A stretch of 64,000 bases of DNA from Azolla caroliniana (GCA_043228905.1 JBHGNT010000015.1:17546001-17610000); one strand, 5' to 3'. Numbered from the stretch's first letter, positions 11,371 to 23,924 are shown. The notes: a model not told the origin generated them from the sequence alone. Numbers and translations are program-made.

Positions 11371-14300
11371 AGTAAGGAGTCGACCACCGACCACGGAGAG
11401 CAGGTGGCTATGGACAAGGGCGTAAAACAGATGGGCAATTCTTCGCGTCTTCCCACACTTGCTCCCGAAACGGTGGTAGTCGGGCCCGAGTGGCCACGTG
11501 AGTTCTTAGAAGAGGAAGGCGGCGGCGTGAGACCAAGATTCACCGGCGAGACGATACGGGGAAGGAGCGGACGAAAGCCCTCGAACCCTACTCCGGGGAA
11601 CTCGGCATTCGGGCCCTTATGCCCATGTGAGATCGAGGAGATGGATGACGGTATCGAGGAGTCCTGGCATGATGCCAGCGAAGAAGGATGGGAGTTGGCC
11701 CGCAAGAAGCTCAACGAAGAGACCAAGAAACGACCCGACCGGGGGCTGAACACGCGAAACTCCGATTCGGTTGGAGCGCGTTCCAGTCGTGGATTGTTCC
11801 ATTGGGGCCAGAATCGGCATGAGGGTGCCGATACGGAAGAGGGTGCGGAACGAGCCGCCCTCTTTTACATGGGGAGAAAGACCGATCGGGCGAAGGTTGG
11901 GAATTAGGAAGAAGATGATCAAGGGTATGGAACGAGTCCGGTAGGATCGGCATCGGAGCCAAAACTCTAGACATTGGAGAATCAGCCCAGGCGGGGCTTG
12001 ATTGATCACAGAGCAGATGCTATCCACCAATACCACTAAAAGGCGCGGTGGCCGGGACGAGTCGCCGAGAGACGTTGCGAAATCGGTTACCCACATCTTG
12101 TCCGGAGACTACGACAGTTCGGCCGTCGTTGCAACGTGAGACCGAAAGAGATGGAAGGTAGAGGCAAGAACGCCGAAAGGAGAGCAACGACGAGTACGGG
12201 AGAAGTACAGGGAATGAAGAGGAGAACGAAGACCGGTCCTACGGATATCCTCCCACTGATCCGGCTGTCGGCCCTAGTGCCGGCGTGAGTCCTATAGGAG
12301 ATTGTCGGTGACGACAAGAGAACAGGACTCGGCAATCCAGAGAATGACGGACGGACCCGGACGAGAACCGGGCGGAGCGGACTTCCGATTCGGAAGAGGG
12401 GAGAGAGCAGGCCTACGAAGAGGCCGGGAAGATCGGTACGTCGGTACCACATGGGAGGGTGTGGAGCGAGCCACCCTCTCGACTTGCGGACGAAGACGAC
12501 CCGGGATAAGGGTCTGGGATACAACGAGCCCAAGGAGGATCCTTCACACTGGTTCCAGAGACTCCGGCGGTCGGCCCGAGAGCCGGCGTGAGACCTAGAG
12601 TGACGATCGGTGGCGGCGAGGGGACGAAGGCAAAGAACTATGGACGGGCGGTCTACGGAGATCCTCACACCGATCCGGCTGTCGACCCGAGTGTCAGCGT
12701 GAGTCCTATAGGAGAGATTGGTGGCGGTAGGTGAACGTGATGAGACGCCGTGCGGTGCTACAACAACCTTACACACACCGGTTCTAGAGACTCCGGCAGC
12801 CGGCAACAAGAGCTGGCGTGAGACCTAGAGGGAAGAACGGTGGTGGTGGCAAGGCGGGCAAACCGAGGTCCCACGAAGATCCTCACACTGATCCGGCGGT
12901 CGGCCCGAGAGCCGATGTGAGTCCTATAGAAAAGGACGATGGTGGCAGGTGATAGTGATCAGATGACGGAAAGTAGAGCAGGAAGGTATGAGGCCGGCGA
13001 GGCGGCTATGAACCGAATCGGACCTACCGGCAAGATCATGACTATAAATAAGTCCAGTCCTACGAGATCCCCATACCAGACCGGAGACTCTAGCAGTTCG
13101 GCCAGCGTGGCAACGTGAGACCATGAGAGAAGGCTGGTGATGGCGGGAAGCGGGACCCGACTACACGGGAGACACGAGGGGAGTCTGGGTGGGACTCAAA
13201 CGAAAGACACCCGTATTTCGGCAAGCAACGAAACGAAGACCGGTCCTATGGGATCTTCACACCAATCCGGAGACTTCGGTTGCTCGGCCAACGTGGCAAT
13301 GTAAGACTGAGAGAGAAGGATGGTGGCGTCAAGGAACGGGACCCGACATCGACAATAGCCGGCAAGACCGAAGCTATCTAAGTGTAAAACCCTTACCAGC
13401 CGGTTACGGTTTCCGAGGGAGCCAGTAAGGGCAAGTACGGGCTGTGTGCCAAGCCGGGAAGGCCACACCCAGAGTTGAAGAAGAATCGTGCAAATGGCCA
13501 TCAAGGGCCGAATCGGAGCACGACTAAAGGACAGCACACATGCGGTGGTGCCGGGAACGCGGAAAGGGGTGCACGAAGAATTGCACAGGTCGGAGACCGA
13601 AAATGATATATGGGCCGGGGAAGGATCCTCCACACCCGCTTTCGAGATCTCGGAGGTTCGGTCAGAGTAGCAACGATTGGCGTGGCAAGCCGAGCCTGAG
13701 ATGACAAGCTGGTGGGGGCGAGGGGACGACGACGAGTGAAAGGCTTCAACCCGGCGGCAGCAACGCAAGACGGAAGAGGGCCAAGCAGGCTACTACGAGT
13801 ATTCCTCGGACGCTGAGGACACCCACGGGCGAAGGGGACGCGGTGGTGCCAGCACTTCGCATGCACCGACTCTAGTGACTCCGGCATCCGGCCCGAGAGC
13901 CGTGTGAGACCGTGAGTGACAGACGGTAGCAGCAACAAAGACGGCGACCAACACAAAGTGGCAACGAACTAAGGCCAAGCGGGCCATTACGGGTGCCCCT
14001 CGAGCGGAGGACCCCGGGCTTACGGCGGATAGCGGAGCGTGCATTCGGCCAAGTGGAGGGCCAGCAACGAAGCACGCGTACTATGGGACCGCGGTGGATG
14101 ACCTGTCGACGGGTCGAACAAGCCTACAAGGAGGCAAGCGCGAGGAAGAACCGGGGCCGACGGTTCAAACCCGGCCGCAATCGATGCCCGCAAGCCGAGA
14201 TGCGAACGCGAAAGACCGGTTTCTCATTGGCCGGAATCCTTCTCCCTTCTCCGGAATTGGCACGTACCGGTGGACGTGCGGTTTGGTGAGGGCGGATGTC

Positions 14301-14972
14301 GTGAAGTTTCCGGCACATAGTGAGAAACAGGGAGATATTGGAGGAATCGGCGAGGTGCAACGTGTGCACCCATCCTTGTAAATTTGTATTGGGAATAGGG
14401 GCGCCGAACGGCAATAATTACGGGACAAAGAATCCCATGTAAGTCGGGATTTATCCCACATTGTAATGCATCCCTCTCCTTGTTTTATAAAAGGAAGGGA
14501 TGGTCCCTTGTAGAAGGGTTGCCCATTTTGAGTCATAAGGGTATACCGTTTTGTGTTTCTTTCTAGGGTTAGCTACATTCTTTCTTTTCTTCTTCTTTTC
14601 TTTTCTGCTCCTTCTCGAGGAGTCGAGCAGTAGCTATGACAGCAAGCTGTTAGGTTAGTTTCTCTTCTTCTGTGCGTAGCCGGCTCGGGCCATGGTTGTA
14701 TCTCTCCCCCCTTTTCGGAGGTTTGCTTCTGCTCGGTTCTATACAAGACCCTGCTCGGCGCGACAACCCGTGAGCTCCCCGACCGGCGGCTTGGCAACCG
14801 ACTGTGGCTATAACCTACCTTGGTCCAGCTCGAAGCCGGATTTGTATTATTTCCCTTGTAATATACACATTTGCGTCTGTTTGTGCATATCGGTGTACTT
14901 GGTGGTGTCGGAAGCACAACCCCTTTGCTTCCTGTGCAGAGGAGTCAGTGTTGCGTGAACGCTCTCCCTCTC

Positions 14973-15018
<46 letters not shown>

Positions 15019-15136
15019 CTCTCGTTCGGTTGCTTCCAGAACTCGTCCGGAATCGTTTTCTCGGCTTCCATTCTTTTCTAGTCCGAGACCCCCGTGGTCC
15101 TGCCCCTTCCACACGCACGCGCATAATAACGCGACA
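11371..15136 (+). mobile_element. 5'-truncated LARD-like element of the Trp/4-bp-TSD family
   Basis: PPT GTTTGGTGAGGGCGGA then LTR 14297-15136. The internal region is the inverted homolog of 864-11370. Right flank TCGT. Confidence 0.75.
14297..15136 (+). repeat. 3' LTR
   Basis: TGTCGTGAAG...AACGCGACA; TATA block TTTTATAAAAGGAAGGGA at ~14483; (CT)n tract at ~14970-15020; U5 motif CTAGTCCGAGACCCCCGTGGTCCTGCC. Confidence 0.88.
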
Positions 15137-17217
15137 TCGTTATTCTTTCAGCCCGTTCTTCAGCTAGCGCTGTCTCGGCTCAATGAACTTCCTGTCGGAG
15201 CTCTGCCATCTTCTCCTGCTACTTCTTATGCTCCGTATACAGGTGCTTATAGTCCTGGTGCAGGTGCTCAAAATCATCAGTCTTCTGCTTCAGCTTCTGG
15301 TTGAGTTGCCGGCGAGTGCGGTCTTTCCGATCTTTCTGTTGACAGAGTTCTTCTTTATGTCTTTCAATCTTCGTTTCCGCCATCCTTTGCAGTTTATCAT
15401 TTTCTTGCAACACTTTCTCTTTCTCCTCCTTAAGCCGGTCATATGCCTAATGTCCTTTCTGCAGATTCTCTTCTGCCCGGTGGTGGTTCTCAGCAGTCTT
15501 TCTTTGTTCTTCTTATGCCGCTTTCTTCAAGTCCCTTTCTCGGGTGCGTAATGCTTCTTGTGCGGCCAGTTCATCTTTCAATTTGGCAAGCTCTTTTGCT
15601 TGCGCTGCCACTATCTCCGGGACTGGTTCCGTCTCTAGGGTCTTATTACTATGTACAGGTGCTAGTGTGTCTTTATTCTGTACATCTACCGGAGTCACCG
15701 GTGGTTGGAGCTGTGGTCCGGTTAAGGCCATTTTGGCCAATTCTTCTGTAGTCAGGTCCAAGTCTTGTTCTAGGCTCTGGATCCTCGATCGGGCCGTCTC
15801 TAGTTCTCCGGTTATGACTAGCAACCGGTCCGTCTGCGCTTTCTCTTCCGCCTCTATGTAGTGCACCACTCCGGCAATCTGTTCTCCAATCCACCGGAGC
15901 CATTGGCTGCCGATGCCCTGTTGTTGCGTCTGCCCGGAGGGTTGGCTGTTGGTTTCACTAGCCAGTGGTCGGTCTTGTCCGGTTGTGTCGAGCTACAACT
16001 CTATCTCTAGTTGGTGACCACTTTGTTGTTCTGGTTCCGGTTGCACCTCTGTTGGCCGCTCCGCCTCTGATTGCTCTTGACTTGCCGGTGAGGAAGGCAA
16101 CTGTACTACCGGCGCTTGCATTTCGGTTCTTGCCGTATCCTGACCCGCTGGTATAGCTTGTTGTGCATGGAGCTCTGTGATCGGTTCTGTCCGAACCGGT
16201 TCTGGTTCCACCCTTGGTGTTGGATGCTCAGTGCGGGGTAGAGGCGTTCCATCCCTCTTTGGGTCCGAACGCTCCCCGGCCTATTTTGCGGTGCTTGCCT
16301 TCTAGCACCGCTGGAGGTGCTCTAACGGTTCCTCCTCTGCTTCCTCCTCCTGAGTCCCGATGTTGACTTTCGCTGCCAAGGGGTCCGCCTCTTGTTGAAC
16401 CGGTCGGTGAAATATGATCTTGATTGGCCGTGCCGGTGTCTCCTCCTGTGTTTCCGCCTGCAGCTTCCTAGTGGAGCGCTCTTTTGCCGCCTTGTCCATG
16501 TCATTCGCCTTCCCTTTGGGTGCCTTAGAGGCCAACAACTGTTGTCGTTTCGAAGCCATTTTCGGGGTGCCTTCGGTTGTTCTCCCCTGCTTCGTGGTCT
16601 TGATGGGCTCGATAGGTAGCGCCAATAGGGTGAGCCATTGCGCTATTGCAGTCCATATTTTCCGACCCTCCTTGCCTCTTACAGAGTCGATGGCCGCACA
16701 GAGGCCGTCCGCAATCAGTATCGGCCAGTTCACCTTCAGGCCTTCATACGTTGCTATGACTAAGTCGGCTCGGTTCTGAGGCATGCACGGGGGTCGAGGG
16801 TATACATGTCCAAATTCATGGAGCACACGGGCAATCTCTCAAAATAATGTATCTTCGCCGCCTTGTGTCCTGTAGGCCTTGCTGGCCAGAGAGTATTCAC
16901 CAAAATATTTTCGGAGCTACTCCGGGGTAGGGTTGTTGATAGTGAAGATGCCCCCCTCTGGAAGGCCAATCAAAGCATGGATGGTCTCCTCCATGATCGG
17001 TTCTGTGTCGATTTCCTTTACTATCTTTTTCTGCATCCTGGTGCGGTGGCGCCTCCATGATCGTGAGGAAACCTTCTAACCTGTGTTGCCTTAGGCACTT
17101 CTTGGCTGCTTCAGAGAGTGCTTGGCAGTCCATGGCTTCTTCGAGGTCAGTGAGCGCTGGTGAGGGATGTGTGTGAGGAGGCTTTGTGTGTGTGGGCTCG
17201 CATCTAATGATCTTCAA
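15137..17217 (-). pseudogene. Degenerate extra ORF 3' of Gypsy pol (globular N-terminal part, P/E/Q-rich linker, coiled-coil C-terminal part)
   Basis: Collinear minus-strand fragments 16897-17217, 16302-16826, 15993-16211, 15513-15869 and 15219-15413; E/K/Q/L-rich heptad-like C-terminal fragments; lies downstream of the integrase tail at 17521-18003. Confidence 0.6.
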
Positions 17218-17520
17218 TCACCTGTGTTCGTTTGTGCTCCTCTGTTTGCGAAATGTGAAGACCTCCATGCGACGAGAGTTTTCTTGCTACATGTTGGCGC
17301 CTTTTTTTTCTTACCCGCGCGTGTGCATGTCGTGTACTAGAATAGAATGATGTGCCATGTGGCGGCGGTTTAATAGCCCACTACGTACCTTTTTAAAGTG
17401 CCTGTTCACTCCTTGTTCTTGCATGTGTCTGTTCAGACCTCGCCCTTGCATGATTTACTTTGATTTGATTTGATTTGATTTTTATTTGATTTTATTTTAT
17501 TTTTTATTAAAACTGTTTTG

Positions 17521-18003
17521 TTAATACGTATCCGGTCCCACCGAACCCCTATCCGAATTGTGGAACCTGCCGGCCGCTGGACTGCTTGCCATCGCGTCGT
17601 TCTTGCCGTTTGCCGACTCGTGCTCCCTCTTACCGGCTTCGCGTTTGCTGGTTGCTAAATGTGTTGCCGTTTCTTCCGACTTACCGGTGTCCGGTTCTGT
17701 GTCGGCCTTTACTTGTTCAAATGGGTTTCTTGGCATAGGTCCATTGTATGGTTTGAGTCGGAACCCATTGACCAATTTACCCAGAACCTCGCCGGCGAGT
17801 GTCCCTAACTGGTAAGAACTGTTGAACTCACGCGTGCTCCAGTATGGTCCAATCCACTGAAACCGTAGCTTCCTCGGCATCTTACCCATCTGGGTCTGGA
17901 ATACTAGTACCGACTTACCGATTCCGAACATCTTTTCGTTCCCTTTTCGGTGACGATCCACGAACGCTTTCCTTCGCCGCTGATCTAGTTCTAGGTGCAT
18001 GAT
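17521..18003 (-). pseudogene. pol: C-terminus of a non-chromovirus Gypsy integrase (GPY/SH3-like module)
   Basis: KSVLVFQTQMGKMPRKLRFQWIGPYW...YQLGTLAGEVLGKLVNGFRLKPY; similar to the integrase tail at 59383-59856. Confidence 0.8.
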
Positions 18004-18337
18004 GCCGGTGTCCAACTCCAGTGGGGGCGGTGGTGGTGTAACACGATCGGGAATGGTGTTTGCTTTATAAGGTTCAAGAAGAGAACAATGGAAAACCGGA
18101 TGTATCTGAAGCTGCGGAGGGAGATCAAGGCGGAATGTGACATCATTAACTTTACTTCGCCGCTGATCTAGTTCTAGGTGCATGATGCCAGTGTCCAACT
18201 CCAGCGGGGGCGGTGGTGGTGTAACACGATCGGGAATGGTGTTTGCTTTATAAGGTTCAAGAAGAGAACAATGGAAAACCGGATGTATCTGAAGCTGCGG
18301 AGGGAGATCAAGGCGGAAGGTGACATCATTAATCTTA
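17972..18337. repeat. 183-bp in-frame tandem duplication spanning a chimeric junction
   Basis: Units 17972-18154 and 18155-18337; peptide NDVTFRLDLPPQ...ELDTGIMHLELDQRR occurs twice in ORF 17521..18822. Confidence 0.92.
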
Positions 18338-20155
18338 CCCGTAATAAGGAAAGGACCGAGTCGTCGATAATCCAACTTGTCACACGGTCGAGTAGTCTTG
18401 ATGTGATGACGTAAGAGCCATACTCGATCTCCGATGGCAAAAGAGGAGGGAAGCCGATGACGATCCGCGTAAGTCTTTTGTGTCTGTTGAGCATGACAAA
18501 GATGAGTCGAGAGATCTGTCTGGATCTTGCGTAGTCTCTCCAAATGATCCCCGGCATGAGGATTGGTAGGTAGCTCCGGGGTGTCGATCACCGACCAGCG
18601 AGGATGAGAACCGGTATAAGCGTAGAATGGGGAGACTCGAGTCGAGGAGTGAACAACATTATTATACGCAAACTCCGCAAAGTGGAGAATCTCGGCCCAA
18701 TCGTCTTGTTGATAACTCAGGAAACACCGGAGATATTGCTCCAGCGTTTGGTTTGTTCGTTCTGCCTGCCCATCGGTCTGAGGATGGTAGCCAGAGGAGA
18801 GGTTGCAAGAGACCTTGAGCATCTTGAAGAGATGCTACCAAAATTTGGAGACAAATTGCGGTCCTCGGTCACTGAGGATACTGTCTGGGAGGCCATGATG
18901 CCGAAATACCTCACGCATGACTAGGGCGGCGGTTTCCTCGCTAGTGATGGCCTTAGTACACGGAACAAAATGTGCCATCTTCGTATATCGATCGATGACG
19001 GTTAAGATAGCATCGAACCCCTGCGAGACCGGCAGATCTGTGATAAAATCAAGACAAATAGATTGCCACGGCTTACTTGGAATCGGTAAGGGTTCCAACA
19101 AGCCATATGGATGGTGTCGTGGCATCTTTGCTCGGCCGCAAGCATCACAAGTCCGAACGTAGTCGTCGACAAAACGGCGCATGTGGGGCCACCAAAAAGA
19201 TCGTTGCACTAGCTCCAACATCTTAGTAGTACCGAAATGTCCCGCCGTATGGGTGTTGTGACAATGCTGGATGATTTGAAGGCGACAGGAGCAATCGGGG
19301 ACATATATGCGCTTTTTAAAGAATAACAAACCATCATGATATTCGAATTGTCGGTAGTCAATACGTGGTTGTTGAGACTGAGAACAGGATGCCCAAGAAG
19401 TATCAATGTGCGCCAAGATGTTTTGAGCAAAACTATCCGTCTTCAAGTTTGCACGTATGTCGTCGGTAATCCGTGAATCCATCGGGGTGTGAAAAATCCA
19501 CATCGTGTGCAATCGTGTTGGTCCCAAGATTACTTGCTTTTGATTATCAAATGTTGGATCACCAGGACGAGGTGCAAGATATGAACGCCGTGATAGTGCA
19601 TCTGCTTTTCCTTGCTGCTTCCCCGGTCGATATGTGATTTTGAAGTCGAAACGCGTGAGGAATTGCGCCCACTGAGCTTGCCGTCGATTTAGTACGTGAG
19701 CGTTCTGGAAATAAGCAAGATTTTTATGATCACTAAAGACAACGACCTGATGTGGAGAGCCCTCTAAGAAATGCCGCCATTGCACAAATGAATCCACGAT
19801 GGCTAATAACTCCTTGTCATGTATTTCGTAGTTGATTTCCGCAACATCGAATTTGCGCGAATGGAAAGCCACCGGATGCAACTCTTCTTTATCTCCTTGT
19901 TGAGAAAGGATGCCACCGAGGGCGAAATTTGAAGCATCGGCCTCCATGATGAATGGTTTGCTAGTATCCACATGAGCTAGAATCGGTGCTGATGTAAAGG
20001 CTTTCTTAAGATGCCGAAAAGCCATATTTGCTTCAATGGACCAAAGAAATGCTTGGCCCTTCTTCGTAAGTTGTGTGAGGGGTAAGATAATCTTCGAGTA
20101 ATCCTGTATAAACTTACGGTAGAAGTTAGCAAAACCTAGAAAACATTGTACATCT

Positions 20156-22584
20156 TGTTGGGGAATTCGGTCCCTCCGGATGGGATGTCTGGAGATGAAT
20201 GACGGCAAGCCCGGTTGCGGTTACGGAGCCGGATGATGAAGACCCCGGCTACGGAGCCGGATGACGGATGTACCCGGAGAGAGATCCGGATGCGGGGACA
20301 TATTTGTGAATATGTTTGCCAAGGGCCCTTGAGGCTATATTTGTAAATAGCCCGTAAGTCATATGTGTATAAATATGACTTAGGGCAAACAGTTTTATGT
20401 TGTTGCTTATTTTTCTGTTTTTCCACTTAGAGGGAGCGAGAGAGAGCAGCCGAGAGAGAGAGAGAGACGAAGAGGTCGTTGCCTCTGTGTATTACCGCCG
20501 CCTGTGGCGAAGACAGTGAGCTCAAGGTTGTTGCCTTGTAGCTTCACCATTGTACATCTCTGTTTATAGTGATAGTTGGAGTTTGAGGACTCCCGTGGTT
20601 TTTCCCATTTAGGGTTTTCCACGTAAAACATCCTGTGTACCTTTCTCTCTGTTGTCTTCGTGTATTTTGTATTTCCTGTTTTCTGTGAGTTGATCCTATT
20701 CCTCGGTGGTGGCCGAGCGCTGTTTTTCAACAAAGTGGTATCAGAGCGACGGTAACACAGAAAATGGAAGACGGCATTCCTTCACGGTGACCTCGAAGAA
20801 GAGATCTACATGCAGCAACCGGAAGGATTCGAGAAGAAAGGGAAGGAGCACCTGGTATGCCAGTTGAAGAAGAGCCTTTACGGACTGAAGCAGGCTCCCC
20901 GGCAATGGTACCGGAAGTTCGACTCTTTCATGACCGACGAAGGGTACCACAAAACGCAGTCTGATCACTGCGTGTTTGTGAAGAAGTTCGAAGGAGGAGA
21001 CTTTCTAATACTCTTCCTGTACGTGGACGACATGTTGATCGTCGGACGGGACCAGGTCAAGATACGGATGCTGAAGAAAGCGCTTCACCGAACTTTCTCA
21101 ATGAAGGACCTGGGTCCGGCGAGGCAAATACTAGGGATGCATGTCATCCGGGACCGGAAGAAGAAGCAGTTGTGGCTGTCACAGGAGAAGTACGTGACAA
21201 AGGTGCTTCACCGGTTCAACATGTCGGAAGCAAGATCGGTCGGGTCAACCCTCCCGGCAAACTGCAAGTTGTCCAGCAAGCAAAGCCCCAAGACAAAGGC
21301 TGAGAAGGAGGACATGATGAAAGTACCATATGCCTTTGCCGTCGGAAGCTTGATGTACGCAATGGTGTGTACAAGACCGGACATAGGATATGCAGTCGGA
21401 GTGGTGAGCCGGTACATGAGCAATCCCGGCAAAGAGCACTGGAACGCGGTCAAGTGGATACTTCGATACCTGAAGGGCACGGAAAACGTGTGCCTCCAAT
21501 TCGGCTCCGGTAAGCCCGAACTCGACAGCTTTACCGATTCGGATATGTCGGCTGATGCAGACACCAGCCGGTCCACATCAGGGTATGTGATGACGTATGC
21601 AGGGGGAGCTGTTTCGTGGCAGTCGAGGCTGCAGAAGACGGTTGCGTTGTCAACCACGGAGGTGGAGTACATGGCGGCTGTTGAAGCCGGCAAGGAAATA
21701 ATATGGATGAAGGACTTCATTAGAGAGCTCGGTATCCGGCAGGAGGAGTACCGACTCTACTGCGACAGTCAGAGTGCCATCCACCTTGCAAAGAACGCGG
21801 CCTATCACTCCCGGACGAAGCACATCCAGCGAAGATATCACTGGATCCGGGAAAGGATAGAAGACAAGGAGTTCGTGCTGACGAAGATCCACACGGACGA
21901 GAACGGGTCGGATATGCTGACCAAGGTGCTCACACCCGACAAGCTGGAAGCATGCCGGAAGAGGATCGGACTGGAAAGACATCCCATGCCGAAGTGAAGG
22001 GGGAGTTTGTTGGGGAATTCGGTCCCTCCGGATGGGATGTCTGGAGATGAATGACGGCAAGCCCGGTTGCGGTTACGGAGCCGGATGATGAAGACCCCGG
22101 CTACGGAGCCGGATGACGGATGTACCCGGAGAGAGATCCGGATGCGGGGACATATTTGTGAATATGTTTGCCAAGGGCCCTTGAGGCTATATTTGTAAAT
22201 AGCCCGTAAGTCATATGTGTATAAATATGACTTAGGGCAAACAGTTTTATGTTGTTGCTTATTTTTCTGTTTTTCCACTTAGAGGGAGCGAGAGAGAGCA
22301 GCCGAGAGAGAGAGAGAGACGAAGAGGTCGTTGCCTCTGTGTATTACCGCCGCCTGTGGCGAAGACAGTGAGCTCAAGGTTGTTGCCTTGTAGCTTCACC
22401 ATTGTACATCTCTGTTTATAGTGATAGTTGGAGTTTGAGGACTCCCGTGGTTTTTCCCATTTAGGGTTTTCCACGTAAAACATCCTGTGTACCTTTCTCT
22501 CTGTTGTCTTCGTGTATTTTGTATTTCCTGTTTTCTGTGAGTTGATCCTATTCCTCGGTGGTGGCCGAGCGCTGTTTTTCCACA
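20156..22584 (+). mobile_element. Young 2.4-kb deletion-derivative Tork/Tnt1-like Copia (LTR-PBS-partial RT/RH-PPT-LTR)
   Basis: 577-bp LTRs 20156-20732 and 22008-22584 appear to differ at one position; PBS-Met TGGTATCAGAGC 20736-20747; TSD CATCT/AATCT (empty site CATCT in paralog at ~37861). Confidence 0.92.
20810..21997 (+). CDS. pol: N-terminally truncated Copia RT-RNase H, uninterrupted 395 aa
   Basis: LKKSLYGLKQAPRQW, LYVDDML, FTDSD, YCDSQSAIHLAKN; no stops or frameshifts. Confidence 0.85.
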   Translation: MQQPEGFEKKGKEHLVCQLKKSLYGLKQAPRQWYRKFDSFMTDEGYHKTQSDHCVFVKKFEGGDFLILFLYVDDMLIVGRDQVKIRMLKKALHRTFSMKDLGPARQILGMHVIRDRKKKQLWLSQEKYVTKVLHRFNMSEARSVGSTLPANCKLSSKQSPKTKAEKEDMMKVPYAFAVGSLMYAMVCTRPDIGYAVGVVSRYMSNPGKEHWNAVKWILRYLKGTENVCLQFGSGKPELDSFTDSDMSADADTSRSTSGYVMTYAGGAVSWQSRLQKTVALSTTEVEYMAAVEAGKEIIWMKDFIRELGIRQEEYRLYCDSQSAIHLAKNAAYHSRTKHIQRRYHWIRERIEDKEFVLTKIHTDENGSDMLTKVLTPDKLEACRKRIGLERHPMPK

Positions 22585-23924
22585 AATCTCGTACCGACCG
22601 TGGAATTTGCCACTCTAGTACAGTTTGGACTTTAGCTGGATCCATGGCGATGCCCTTTGAGGAGATGACGTAGCCTAGAAATTCCACGCTACATTTTTCT
22701 AGCTTGGCATAAAGACCATTCTCGCGGAGTCACTTTAGTACTAATAGTACATGAGAATCATGCTCTTGCTGGGTCTTCAAATAAATCAATAGATCATCAA
22801 GATAGATGATCAAACAGATATCCCAGAGGTCTCTGAATATATCATTTGCCATGTGTTGGAAGACTGCGGGTGCATTGGTTAGGCCGAACGGCATAACAGT
22901 ATACTCGAAATACCCATGCCGCGTGCGAAAGGCGGTCTTCCATTCATCTCCCGGTCGGATCCGCATGAGGTTATACGCTCCTCATAGATCGATTTTGGTA
23001 AAAAACTTGGCACCATTAACTCGCTCCAAAAGACTTGATATAAGAGGAAGTGCATACCTATTCCGGATGGTGACCTTATTCAATCCGCGGTAATCAACGA
23101 CGAGACGAAGTGAGCCATCTTTCTTCTTGACAAAGAAGATGGGTGCACCGGCCGGAGATTTCGAATGACGGATGAACCCGCTTGCCAAGTTCTCCTCTAT
23201 GTAGGCTCGAAGGACTTCTAACTCGGTGGGTGACAAGTTGTAAATTGGTCCCCATGGTGGCTTGGTTCCTGGTTGTAAATCGATGGGACAATCGTAGGGA
23301 CGATGATGAGGAAGAGTACCAGCTTTTACCTTGTCAAATACGTCGGCATAAGGATGATATTTCACCACAAGTTGCACTAAGGATTCCTCCTTAATATCGC
23401 TGGAAGGATGTACTGATATGGCAAATAAGAACATTGCCTCCTTGTGTCCTTTTCGCGTAGTTGATGTAGTGAAATGGTCGAAACCTGATGAGTAAATTCT
23501 GGGGGTTGTTGATATCGAACTTCTCTTGTTCTCCAATCTATGTCTGGATTATGTAGTTCAAACCAAGGTAATCCCAAGACAATGGGATGCTCCGAACTAC
23601 TAATTATATTAAATGATACTGCACACACAAAACTACCTAGGACAACTTGAATGGGTTCTGATTCTTCTACAATATTCCCGGAAGCAATGGGACGACCATC
23701 AATGACTACTACAGATGCGGGACAAGGAAGTTTTCTTAGGGATATCTGAGAAGCTTGGGCAAAATTTCGATCCATGAAACAGGAATTAGCTCCAGAATCT
23801 AAGAGTGTTAGGACGGGTACTGGGGGAGTACTTTTAGTACTAACAATGACTTGGGCTAGGAACACATTGCTACCTTGCTTAGAAGGAATGGAACCACTAA
23901 TGGGATGTACAGATCTAGGGCTGC

